From contig OX597824.1 of NCBI GenBank assembly GCA_951406725.2, forward strand, positions 45,694,001 through 45,758,000: 64,000 nt of DNA. Direction: 5' to 3'. Origin of the DNA: Octopus vulgaris. Lineage: Eukaryota. How positions within the stretch are numbered: the first letter of the stretch is position 1; the number at the start of each line of letters is the position of its first letter. The position numbers were made by a program, and so were the translations under genes. The notes below the pieces were generated by a model. The model ran no database searches. It saw only the letters and a program-made list of their open reading frames with translations, and was not told the origin of the DNA. Shown piece by piece: positions 52,672 to 64,000 of this stretch.

Positions 52672-53090
52672 GGTGTGGTGAACTGGCAGAATTGCTATGT
52701 CAAATAAAATTATATTTGTTCCAGCATTTTACATTCTGAATTCAGATCCTACTGAGGTTGACTCTTTACTTCATCCTTTCACAATTGGTCAAATGAAGTA
52801 CCAGTCAAGTACTAGGGTTGATGTAATTTACTTATCCACCCCCACCTCACCTTAAATTGTTGGTCTTGCATCAAAATTAGAATCACTGTTAGAATTGTTA
52901 GCTTGCTGGACAAAATGCTTAGCAGCATTTCTTGTGGCATTATGTTCTGAATTGAAATTTTGCCAAGGTCAACTTTGCCTTTCATCCTTTCAAAGCTGAT
53001 GAAATAATACCAGTTGAACACTGGGGTCAATGTAATCAACTTACCCAAAATTTCAGACCTTGTGCCAAAAGTGGAAAGGATTATCATTAC
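52672..53090 (+). mobile_element. Two tandem S2 SINE copies
   Basis: The TTCTGAATT..CTTTCATCCTTTC..ACCAGT..GGGGTCAATGTAAT core occurs twice. Confidence 0.75.
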
Positions 53091-53111
53091 TATATTTATT
53101 ATTATTATTAT

Positions 53112-55385
53112 CATTGCCTTTGCACAGATTCTAATACTAAGGTAACACCTCTTATTTTTTGAGCATCTTCTAGAGTATTTGAGCGGTTCCAAGCAGTGCT
53201 GTTTTTCGCAAGTGCTCCGCCCTTGTTACAGCCCCTATTTGTTCCATGTACTTCTCAAGATTTTTATTCACTGTTCCCAGGGCTCCGACAATTATTTGTA
53301 TGACTACCACCTTTTCATCGACCACAACTGCTTTACCTCCCAAGCTAACTTGTCATACCTATCAACTTTTCTTTCTTCCTTATTGCATACCTTGTTGTCA
53401 GCTGGGCATGCTATATCTATAATCAAGCATAGTTTAATTTCTTTCTCAATTAAGACTATGTCTGGCTTCCTATTTTCTGTCTCATGGTTGCACTGAATCA
53501 TAAAATCCCACAGGATCTTTGCATTACCAATTTTTTTCTCTGTCAATACCATACTTGTTGCAAAGCGTCCAATGGACAAGCATTTGTTATATTGTCATTG
53601 TATCTCTTATATTCCTTCTGGGCTAGTGGTGTACGTTGGCTGGTAATATGCCATATGGTTTCACCATTTTGTTTACAGATTCTGCACTTATCAATTTCTG
53701 ATGTGTTGTCTACTCTGTATTTTATGTAGTTTGTTCTTAATGCTTGCTCTTGGGCAGCACAGATTAGAGCCTCTGTTTCCGGTTTTAAATCACTTTTAGT
53801 CAGCCACAGCCATCTTTTTTCTCTGTCTGTCTTATCTTCAACATCCCTATGAAAATGTCCATGCATTCTTTTCTTTACCCATCTATTTTCAATTTCATTC
53901 ATTTTCAATTGCTTGTCCAGTGCTTTATCTTTGTAATCTTTCATCCTACACAAGCCTGACCTTCTTACTTCTAATAATAGTGGTTCTGTGGTATTTTTTA
54001 CATACAATGCTATGTTTTCTTCTGCTCTAATGCTGTGTTTGCATCCAATAAGTCCTCTTCCCCCTCTTTTTCTTGGTACATATAGTCTGTCTGTGTCACC
54101 TTTTGGGTGGAGTGTCCCATATCTAGTTAGCAACTTCCTTGTCTTTCTGTCTAACCTGTTTAGTTTGTCTACTGTCCATGCAATTACCCCTGCTTCATAT
54201 CTAAGGATTGAAACCGCCCAGGTGTTGATAGTTTCAATCTTATTCCATCTGTTTAATTTCGACTTAAGGATCAGTCTCAGTCTGCACAAGTACTCCACCT
54301 TAAATTTTTCTGTAATTTCTTTCTCCATCAATTTCCAAAATCCCCAAATACTTATAGCCCATCTCTTCTATCCACTTCATAACCTCCCCCAATGATATCA
54401 ATAGCCCGTCCATACATTTGATTTTGCTTCTCTTCAAGACTAACACACCACACTTTTTCAGTCCGAACTGCATTCTGATATCGGCACTGAAAGTATACGC
54501 TGTATTAACGAGGGAACTGACTTGGGATTCATCTTTACCATAAAGTTTGAGGTCATCCATGAATAACAAATGGTTGACTTTTTGTTACCAGCTTTTGAGT
54601 ACATACCCAACTTTTGCTTTCCTCAGAATCAGTGTTAGTGGTATCAAGCACAGTACAAAGATCAGTGGGGTCAGGCAGTCGCCTTGGAAGATGCCCCACC
54701 TAATTTCTACTGTCCCTAAACTTCTTCTGTATGCTATCAGGTCTGTCCTCCAATTTGCCATACTTTTTCCAAGCAATCGCTCAACATTTGATGCAATACC
54801 AAATAGGTTCATACATTCCATTATCCAAGAGTATGGGATCATATCATATGCCTTACAATAGTCAATCCATGACATGGCTAAGTTACTTTTCCTCCTCTTG
54901 CAGTCTCTAAGTACAGTTTTGTCTATCAGGAGTTGATCCTTGGTACCTCTGCACTTAGGCTTGCTACCTTTCTGTTCATGTGGCAGGACTCCATTTTTTT
55001 CCAGATGTTTGTACATCGACTCTGCAAGTATTCCAGTCAATAATTTCCACATAAATGGCAAACAGGATATCGGTCTGTAATTGTCTGCCTTTTTCATTGT
55101 TTTTCAAGCACAGCACTATCCTACCTAATGTCAACCACTCTGGTGTTACTTGGTCAGCATTTAACAAGGTGTTGAGTTGCACAGCTATTTGTGCATGACA
55201 TTCACCAAATCTTTTGATCCTTGAACTCCATCTGGTCCCGGGGTCTTCCAGTTGCTCATGTTTTTGCTGATTTCCTTCACTTCCCTAATTGAAATGACTA
55301 GTTCTGCCTGTTTTGGACAGACTACTGTTAGTTTCGGTTCTTGAAACCATTCAGCATCCTTCTTGTGCTCCTTGTCTTTGCTCCT
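53112..55385 (-). mobile_element. R4/Dong-type LINE (RT, CCHC and REL), 5'-truncated, between (TAA)n tracts
   Basis: [88 protein letters not shown] and ALLGTAQIL. Confidence 0.95.
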
Positions 55386-55414
55386 ATTATTATTATTGTT
55401 GTTATTATTATTAT

Positions 55415-55623
55415 TCTATGTTTGACTTTTGCTTTATGTCTGTACAAGTTGGCTCCAAGTCTCACCCAGTGACCTCAAGAGACAACAGGTTGGAAGTTCA
55501 CGTTGTTGTTATGCCTAGTGTGCCATATATTTGGGTTTTTTGGTGTTGTACTAGTGAATGTCTAATACATATAAAAAAGTTAAAATAAATAAAAAAAAGT
55601 TTGTTTTAAACCTTGGGATTACA

Positions 55624-55625
<2 letters not shown>
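55415..55625 (-). mobile_element. Isolated 3' UTR of another Dong-like family
   Basis: Minus strand reads ATGTAA..CTCTTGAGGTCACTGGGTGAGACTTGGAG..AATAATAAT. Layout resembles the 57467-57650 UTR; flanked by (TAA)n. Confidence 0.55.
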
Positions 55626-55683
<58 letters not shown>

Positions 55684-55684
55684 T

Positions 55685-56248
55685 GTCATTGAGTGAGAGA
55701 GCAGTGCATGTCATCAAAGTGACACTGGGGTACAAATATACAAAGCCCAATATACCCATCATAACAACCTGTTTGATAAGGGGTACACCAGGCACATGCA
55801 TCATAACTATATGTGTGCAACAAGATGACTTCATATCAAAATAAAAAGTGCATGACCTTGCAGGTGGGGCCCAGTTAGAATTTTCTTCAAATTGAGTAGC
55901 CTATCCCATTCAAAAGGTTTCTGAATAAGAGTTGGTTAAAGATGACAAACGAAATACTGTGCTTTTGGAGGTGAATTATTTAAGCCCTAAAGAATCCCTC
56001 TCAACACATGACTATAGTGCTCTCCCACTACTCCTGCTCGTGATTAGGGATGTACATATCATCAGCCACTAAGGGACATACTCAACTGGCTAAGGAGAAG
56101 CAACTGACAAGCAAATCTGTGGTACTGAGCAGAATATTTGCTGTAACCCATCTTTTATACCAAGACAAAACAATGTACATGATAACACTTCTAGTTAGTT
56201 AAGATTAGAAGCCATGAGAGCCACTGCCTGGTATGGCATCAAGGCATT
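55685..56248 (-). mobile_element. Element C, apparently full length, between (TAA)n tracts
   Basis: Homologous to 6241-6750; no ORF. Confidence 0.85.
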
Positions 56249-56249
56249 A

Positions 56250-56305
<56 letters not shown>

Positions 56306-56349
56306 CATTATCAAAATCAAATCATATATCAGAAAGTAGGGGTTAAGTG

Positions 56350-57420
56350 ACCCATCTGTTCGTGTCCGCTGTCAGCCTCGTCTGGCACCTGTGCCGGTGA
56401 TACGTAAAAGCACCATTCGCTCATGGCTGTTTGCCAGCTCTGCCTGGCCCCGTGTCGGTGGCACGTAAAAGCACCATCCGTTCGTGTTCGTTGCCAGCCT
56501 CGCCTGGCCCCGTGCCGGTGACACGTAAAAGCACCGTCCGTTCGTGGCCGTTGGCCAGCTCTGTCTGGCCCCGTGTCGGTGGCACGTAAAAGCACCATCC
56601 GTTCGTGGCCGTTTACCAGCTCTGTCTGGCCCCGTGTCGGTGGCACGTAAAAGCACCATCCGTCCGTGTCCGTTGCCAGCCTCGGCTGGCCCCCGTGCCG
56701 GTGACACGTAAAAGCACCGTCCGCTCGTGGCTGTTTGCCAGCTCTGTCTGGCAACCGTGTCGGTGGCACGTAAAAGCACCATCTGTTCGCGTCCATTGCC
56801 AGCCTCGGCTGGCCCCCGTGCCGGTGACACGTAAAAGCACCATCCGTTCGTGGCCGTTTGCCAGCTCTGTCTGGCCCCGTGTCGGTGGCACATAAAAGCA
56901 CCATCCGTCCGTGTCCGTTGCCAGCCTCGGCTGGCCCCCGTGCCTGTGACACGTAAAAGCACCGTCCGCTCGTGGCCGTTTGCCAGCTCTGTCTGGCAAC
57001 CGTGTCGGTGGCACGTAAAAGCACCATCCGTTCGCGTCCGTTGCCAGCCTCGGCTGGCCCCCGTGCCGGTGACACGTAAAAGCACCGTCCATTCGTGGCC
57101 GGTTGCCAGCTCTGTCTGGCCCCGTGTCGGTGGCACGTAAAAGCACCATCCGTTCGTGTTCGTTGCCAGCATCGCCTGGCCCCGTGCCCGTGCCCCGTGC
57201 CAGTTCGTGGCCGTTCGCCAGCTCTGTCTGGCACCTGTGCAGGTGGCACGTAAAAAACACCCACTACACTCGCGGAGTGGTTGGCGTTACATCCAGCTGT
57301 AGAAACACTGCCAGATCTGACTGGGCCTGACGAAGCCTTCCAGCTTCACAGACCCCAGTTGACCCGTCCAACCCATGCTAGCATGGAAAACGGACGCTAA
57401 ACGATGATGATGATGATGAT
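56350..57420 (+). repeat. RTE-type 3' UTR with about 15 tandem 60-62 bp units (higher-order repeat)
   Basis: Unit GCCAG-N6-CTGGC..CGTGYCGGTGRCACGTAAAAGCACC. The 245-bp periodicity is also visible in ORFs 56605 and 56850. RTE tail at 57260-57420. Confidence 0.92.
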
Positions 57421-57466
57421 GATTCTCATTATCATTATTATCATTATTATTATTATTATTATTATT

Positions 57467-58664
57467 ATTTTTTTTTTTTTTTTCTTCTTCTTTCAAATTT
57501 GCTTCCATTTCTTGCCGAGCGTCTTCCCGACTCCTAGGGCAAAGAAACTCATAGTATACATTGGTAGGCCATTAAACCAAACTCAATAGTTCGTTCATTT
57601 AAAAAAATTTTTTTTAAGGTTAAATTAAAATACATGGGCAGTAACAGCTCTCACAGCGACAATGCTCTTCTCAATACGTGTGATGTACCAGTTAAGACAA
57701 TCTTTTGCACTTCTTGCAGGGATGGTAAGCCAGGGATCATTCTCATATAATTTTCAGTTCCCTTCTTGATCATTCCTAGTGCTCCTACGATTACTGGTAT
57801 TGTAACCGCCTTGAGATGCCACATTTTCTCAATTTCAATGAGCAGGTCTTTATATTTTCTGAGCTTGTCAAACTCTTTCGCCGAGATATTATGATCACAG
57901 GGAATGCTCATGTCGATCAATAAGCAAACTTTATTGTTTTTGTCTTTCACAACAATATCTGGTTTATTGACTTTGATGGTTCGGTCTGTATGTACTGGAA
58001 AGTCCCACAGAATCGTTACATTTTCTCCTTCAGTTACAGCTTCAGGGTAGTGATTATACCACTTGTCGGCAGTTTTGATATTGTAATGCCGACTTATTAG
58101 CCAGTGTAAATATTGGCCAACTCTGTCATGTCTTAATTTATACTCCACTGGTGCTAAGACTTTACATCCAGAGATTAGGTGGTCCACTGTTTCAATCATG
58201 TCATTGCAGAATCGGCATTTTGGGTCTGCTCCATTTTTCATTACATTGGCCTGGTAGTTCTGGGTTAATAGGCTTTGATCTTGAGCAGCCAGGATGAAAC
58301 CTTTGCTCTCTGCTTTTAGCCCTGAGCTCCATAGCCACTGATGGGTTTGCTTCTGGTCAACATCAGCTTGTTTGCTACGGGCCACATATTTGCCGTGCAG
58401 AGGTTTCTCCTCCCACCTATCAGCCAATTGCTCGTGCGCTTTTTTCGTTGCCATTATTTTCACCTTCTTTGCAACAATAGTTGCCGTACTTCCCTCGGGT
58501 TGTTCAGTTTGGGTATCCTGCACGAGATCAATAGCAAATTTTTTGCTTTCCTTTATGATAGAATGAAGCTTCTTTCGTCTCTCGTGATTTTCCACGAGCT
58601 TTAGCATCCAGTCATTCGTTAATTCAAGATATTTGGCTAGTCCAATTGTGGTTGTTTTGTAAGC
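57467..58664 (-). mobile_element. Young R4/Dong-type LINE 3' fragment; ORF 57651-58607 is uninterrupted
   Basis: WEEKPLHG, AAQDQSLLT.NY, CRFC..ETVDHLISGC, YKLRHD, ILWDFP..NKPDIV..LIDMSIP and VGALG. Hairpin-rich 3' UTR, then A-run and (TAA)n. Confidence 0.95.
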
Positions 58665-58673
58665 TTATTATTA

Positions 58674-59170
<497 letters not shown>

Positions 59171-60485
59171 TGAGCTGGCAGAATTGTTAGCAGGCTGGGT
59201 GAAATGCTTAGCAGTATTTCATTCGGCTTTATGTTCTGAGGTCAAATTCTGCCGGGGTCAACTTTGCCTTTCATCCTTTTAGGGTCAATAAAATAAAGTA
59301 CCAGTCAAGTACTGGGGTGAATGTAATCGACTAGTCCCCAATTTCAGGCCATGTGCCTTTAGCAGAAATGCTTATGATTATTATTATTATTGTTATTGAT
59401 GTTGTTGTTGTTATTGTCATTGTCATCATCATCATCATCATCATTATTATTATTATAGCAATAATGATTATAATACATATTTCACCAATCCAACCAGCAT
59501 AATACATTGCTGTTTTAATCTAAATATTAAGTACATTGATCAACAGAACAGAAATAAAATTGCAAATTCAAAATATTCCATCACAGATCAATGAAAATCT
59601 CAACATAAAAATTATACTCATTCTTTAATTTTTCCCTCTTTTCTATTTATTATTGTTTCATTTATTTACTCAATTTTCATTTTTGAAATGATATAATGAC
59701 TAGGAATACAATTTGTGCACATATGTCTGCGCAGATGTAGTTGTGCAAAAAAGTAGAGAGAGTGGGAGTGAGAGAGAAAGGGGGCGAGAGAGGGGGGGGG
59801 CAGACAGACAAGTAGGCAGGCAGGCAGGCAGGCAGGCAGGCAGACAGAGAGATGTTATGCAAGTTTCTGTATGTTTGTATAAGTCCATCTAGATCTCAAC
59901 CTATTTGCTCATCTCTCCATTTTTCTATCCCTTATTTTCTTAAATCTTTCTTGCTTTCTTTCTTTCTTTCTTTCTTTCCTTCTTTCTTTCTTTCTCTGTC
60001 TTTGTTTGTCTCTATGTATGTATGTATGTATGTGTGTATGGATGCATGGTTGTGTGTGTATATATATATATATATATAAGCATTTAAATAAAGTGTATAT
60101 TTAAAGTATAGTACATACATACATACATACATACATACATACATGCATGCATGCATGCATGCATGCATACATAAGTATATACGTACATACATTTATCATG
60201 AAATGGAAGGATGGATGAATGGATAGATAGATGGATGCATGGATGGATGTGTGTTTATGTAAGTATTTAATTTAAATGTATATCCAAACTACAATATATA
60301 ATATATATTATCTATAACTTTATTTCTGCTTTGAGAACAACTTTTCCAAACACACACACATACATACACAAACACACAAACTCTCATACATATATACACA
60401 CATATATATATACATTTATATTTATTGTTATATATGTATATACTTATATTTATATATACATATATCTATATTTATACACACACAT

Positions 60486-60557
<72 letters not shown>

Positions 60558-60604
60558 AGACAGATATATATATATATAAATGTATATTCATATATACATA
60601 TATA

Positions 60605-60743
60605 AGCTACTTTAATGAGTTTGTGTAGTTAATAAAATTATCGTTTGTTCAGAAACTTCCCTATAATCTAAATAAATTATGTTGTGATGTTAATGTCAAT
60701 TCCCTGTATATTCAGCTCAGGCAACATCGGGTATTTCAGCTAG
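60605..60743 (+). mobile_element. Helitron 3' terminus remnant
   Basis: Degenerate hairpin GCTCAGGCAACATCGGGT, then ATTTCAG-CTAG followed by T. The 5' boundary is uncertain. Confidence 0.55.
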
Positions 60744-60910
60744 TGTATATATAAAATTGAATATTTACATATACACACATCTATGCTTCTTTATTTCTGT
60801 GTTTCTACCTCTCTCTCCCTCCCTCTCTCCACACACAACATAAACACAAACGGATACATACATACATACATACATACATACATACATACATACATACATA
60901 CATACATACA

Positions 60911-60941
<31 letters not shown>

Positions 60942-61539
60942 GTATGTATATGTATATATATGAGTATGAGTGTGTGTATATATATATATACATATATTGA
61001 GAGAGAGAGAGATACAGACAGAGAGAGATTGGGAGATAGAGAGATAGATATATATACATATGCACATGTTTATAAGTGTTCCAAATAAAAGCTGATGATA
61101 CTGAAAAATGCTTATCAAGGTGATAAAATTATTATTGAAGTGATATATGCATATATTCATCTGTTTATACATACATACATACAAACATACATACCTACAT
61201 TTATACAAAGCATAACATAAAAGGAAATAGATCTTCATTGATTTTGACAATAAGTATTCCAATATTCAATTAACTGAATTGCCTTCTCATTGTATCATAG
61301 TATACATGTGACTAAGTATTTCACTGGCATATGTGATGGATCTCCATCATTCAATAATGAAGATTCAGTTGTCTGGTCATCTGAATTGACATATAAATGG
61401 CTGAGTATTCCACAGACATGTGTGATGGATCTCTGTAATTCAGTGATGAAGACTCAGTTGTTCAATAAATTGAATTACCTGTTTCTGAATAGATAATTAA
61501 GTGGTCGAGTATTCCACTTAATAAGCTTTTATTTTTTTA

Positions 61540-61776
61540 TCTTTTACTTGTTTCAGTCATTAGACTGTGGCCATGTTGGGGCACAGCCTTCCTGAAAGAA
61601 TTTTTTGTTGAATGAATCTATTCCAGTACTTTTTGTTTTTCTTTTAGCATGGTACTTATTCTATCAATCTCTTTTGCTGAACTGCTAAGTTACAGGTATG
61701 TAAACATACCAACACTGGTTGTCAAGTGGTGGTGGGGAACAAACACAGACAAACACACACAGACACAAACAGACAG

Positions 61777-61819
<43 letters not shown>

Positions 61820-61990
61820 CACGCACACACATACCACAGGCTGCTTTCAGTTTTTGTCTGCCAAATCCATTCACAAGGCTTTGGTTGACCCAAACTATAG
61901 CAGAAGACACTTTCCCAAGGTGCCATGCAGTGGGACTGGACCTGGAACCATCTTGCTGAGAAATATGCTCCTTACCATACAGCCATTCCT
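61540..61990 (-). mobile_element. Family S1 SINE
   Basis: Tail (reverse complement) CTTTTACTTGTTTCAGTCAT, internal (CA)n, head (reverse complement) CCCAAGGTGCCATGCAGTGGGACTG. Confidence 0.85.
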
Positions 61991-62206
61991 GCAGTGTACA
62001 GGTAGATTCAGCATGGCACAAGTGTGTGATAAGGCTGTATCTTTTTAATTACGGCTACAACCCGTCTGATGGGCTTCTATGCAGTTTCCATCAACTCAAT
62101 TTCACTCACAAGGCATAAGTTGACCTTGAGCTGTAAAAAATTACATTTGCTCAAGATGCCATGCAGTGGGATCGAACCTGGGTCCTTGTACTTGCAAAAC
62201 ACTTCT

Positions 62207-62320
62207 TAAGGCCCTCATGCTTTCCGAAATCCGTCGAAACTACACCTGATTATGTATGCACTTTAGATGAGTTGTAGTGCACCTGAGCACTGTACACAAT
62301 GTTTATTATTATTATTATTA
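62207..62320 (+). mobile_element. CR1 3' tail inside a SINE remnant
   Basis: Near-identical to 47790-47890, with (ATT)n. Confidence 0.85.
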
Positions 62321-62664
62321 TCATACTGCACCTTCACAGTTTTGTATATCATTAAGATAATCGATAGACAGACTCAGTGTGACAAACCAGTCCCTTTGAA
62401 TTACATTAGGGTTCATCCAATAAGTCTTAATGATTTCTAGCTATTCAATTTCACTCACAAGGCTTGGGTCAATCCAAGGTTATGATAATAGACACATGCT
62501 CAAGATGCCACTCACTAAAATTGTACCAGGTATATCAAGGTTGCAATGCAATGCAATGCAAACTTCATCACAACCTGACCATATAAAAGTACTCCACCAA
62601 TATAAACATATACACACATATAGACATGTGTGTGTATGTGTGTGTATACATTCTTTCATTCTTT

Positions 62665-62894
62665 TATTCTTTTACTTGTTTCAGTCATTTGATTGCGACC
62701 ATGCAGGAGCACTGACCTAAATGGTTTTAGTCAATGAGGTCAACCCCTGGACTTATTCTTTGTAAGCATAGTACTTATTCTATTGGTGTCTTTTGCCAAA
62801 CCGCAAAATTATGGGGACATAAACACAGCAACATTGGTTGTCAAACGATGGTGGGGCACAAACAAGGACACAAAGACATACTGACATAACTATA

Positions 62895-62938
<44 letters not shown>

Positions 62939-63095
62939 GCTTCTTTTCAGTTTCCATCTACCAAATCCATTCATAAGGCTTTTGTCAGCCTGAGGCTATA
63001 GTAGGAGATACTTGCCTGAGGTATCATGCAGTGGGACTGAACCTGAAACCATGTGGTTAGGAAGCAAGCTTTTTACTATTCAGCCAGGCCTCTGC
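62665..63095 (-). mobile_element. Family S1 SINE
   Basis: Same motifs as the other S1 copies; internal (TA)n. Confidence 0.85.
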
Positions 63096-63277
63096 CTATA
63101 TATGAAGAATCGGTGACCTTCTGTTTGCCTGTGTATTTAGTATATGATCATTTGTATAATTACTATACGTTTTTTTAATTATATATATATAGGTAAGTCA
63201 TATTTTCCATTTGTTGTCTCTTTATCTAATCCTGAATATATGTATATACATATATATATATACATATATATATATTC

Positions 63278-63341
<64 letters not shown>

Positions 63342-63431
63342 TGAATCCAAACAAAGAAGAACAAACAAGAAAAAACAACAATGCGAGGATGTGGTATATC
63401 CAAATTTTAGAAATGGAGTAGATAAAATCCA

Positions 63432-63515
63432 GGCTACATATGTTTCATAGTTAGCAGAACCTTGGAAGTAGTAATTACCCAAATGAAGGGTACTCCACTA
63501 GCTACTTATCAGGCC
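63432..63515 (-). ncRNA. Minimal hammerhead with one core mutation
   Basis: Minus strand reads GGC-CTGATAA-GTAGCTAG-(insert)-CTAACTAT-GAAAC-ATAT-GTA-GCC. Confidence 0.7.
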
Positions 63516-63605
63516 AATGATACCTTGGTCAAATGAAGGTTACATTGTCATCAAGGGATCCCATGTTAACTTGCAGAATATTTGATCAAAAATGCATGTA
63601 AAGCA

Positions 63606-63636
<31 letters not shown>

Positions 63637-63664
63637 TGTATGTATGTATGTATGTATGTAGTTC

Positions 63665-63800
63665 AAATTTACAGAAAGCAGAAGTCGAAGACAGGTGTAG
63701 GAACAACAAGCAGGTTTATTAGTTTAACTCTCAGGAAAAATGGAAAGGTCTTTTATATTTTAAGCTTACACTCTTTGACAGAAAGGGTTAATAGGAAAAA
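63665..63800 (-). mobile_element. Second, degenerate copy of the 12852 pLTR-like repeat
   Basis: Minus strand reads CTTT-CTGTCAA-AGAGTGTAAGCTT-AAAATATA-AAAGAC. Confidence 0.6.
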
Positions 63801-63834
63801 TGGTGTAAGAGTGTATATATGTATATATATATAT

Positions 63835-64000
63835 CGCCAGCTTCGTCTGGCACCTGTGTCGGTGGCACATAAAAACACCATCCGAGCGTGGCCGTTCGCC
63901 AGCCTCGTCTGGCACATAAAATCACCCACTACACTCTCGGAGTGGTTGGCGTTAGGAAGGGCATCCAGCTGTAGAAACACTGCCAGATCTGACTGGCCTG
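63835..64000 (+). mobile_element. RTE-type 3' UTR with repeat units, running off the window end
   Basis: Near-identical to 22050-22238. Confidence 0.88.

Noticed and set aside
56350-57260. CRISPR array
   Set aside because: There are no unique spacers, whole units repeat, no cas genes are present, and the context is a eukaryotic retroelement UTR.
56329-57264. Long repetitive ORFs (311, 266 and 215 aa) as protein-coding genes
   Set aside because: All three minus frames are open because the GC-rich tandem unit lacks stop codons.

Overview
Eukaryotic, AT-rich, repeat-saturated non-coding DNA. The SINE, LINE and microsatellite families look like octopus (coleoid cephalopod) genomic DNA; this is an inference from recalled repeat sequences, not a database result. 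No confident host gene was found, only one weak exon candidate, and most long ORFs in the track are microsatellite artefacts. The window holds decayed retroelements: Penelope-like GIY-YIG fragments, several R4/Dong-type RT-REL LINEs in (TAA)n or (TACA)n tracts, CR1, RTE, an L1/Tx1 copy in (GATA)n and an ORF1-only Tx1-like element. It also holds three tRNA-derived SINE families, two mariner relics and a Helitron 3' end. The main unexplained signal is about a dozen minimal type-I hammerhead ribozyme motifs from several unrelated sequence families. One is almost intact (19337-19435, minus strand). Three separate 270-330 bp palindromes each consist of two head-to-head hammerhead-bearing arms. Other points of interest: a probable twin-priming inversion in a Dong element, a 6 kb pile-up of TAA-targeting elements, a SINE whose tail matches the Tx1 LINE tail, and a 60-bp higher-order minisatellite inside an RTE 3' UTR. 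Coordinates were counted by eye and boundaries may be off by several bases.
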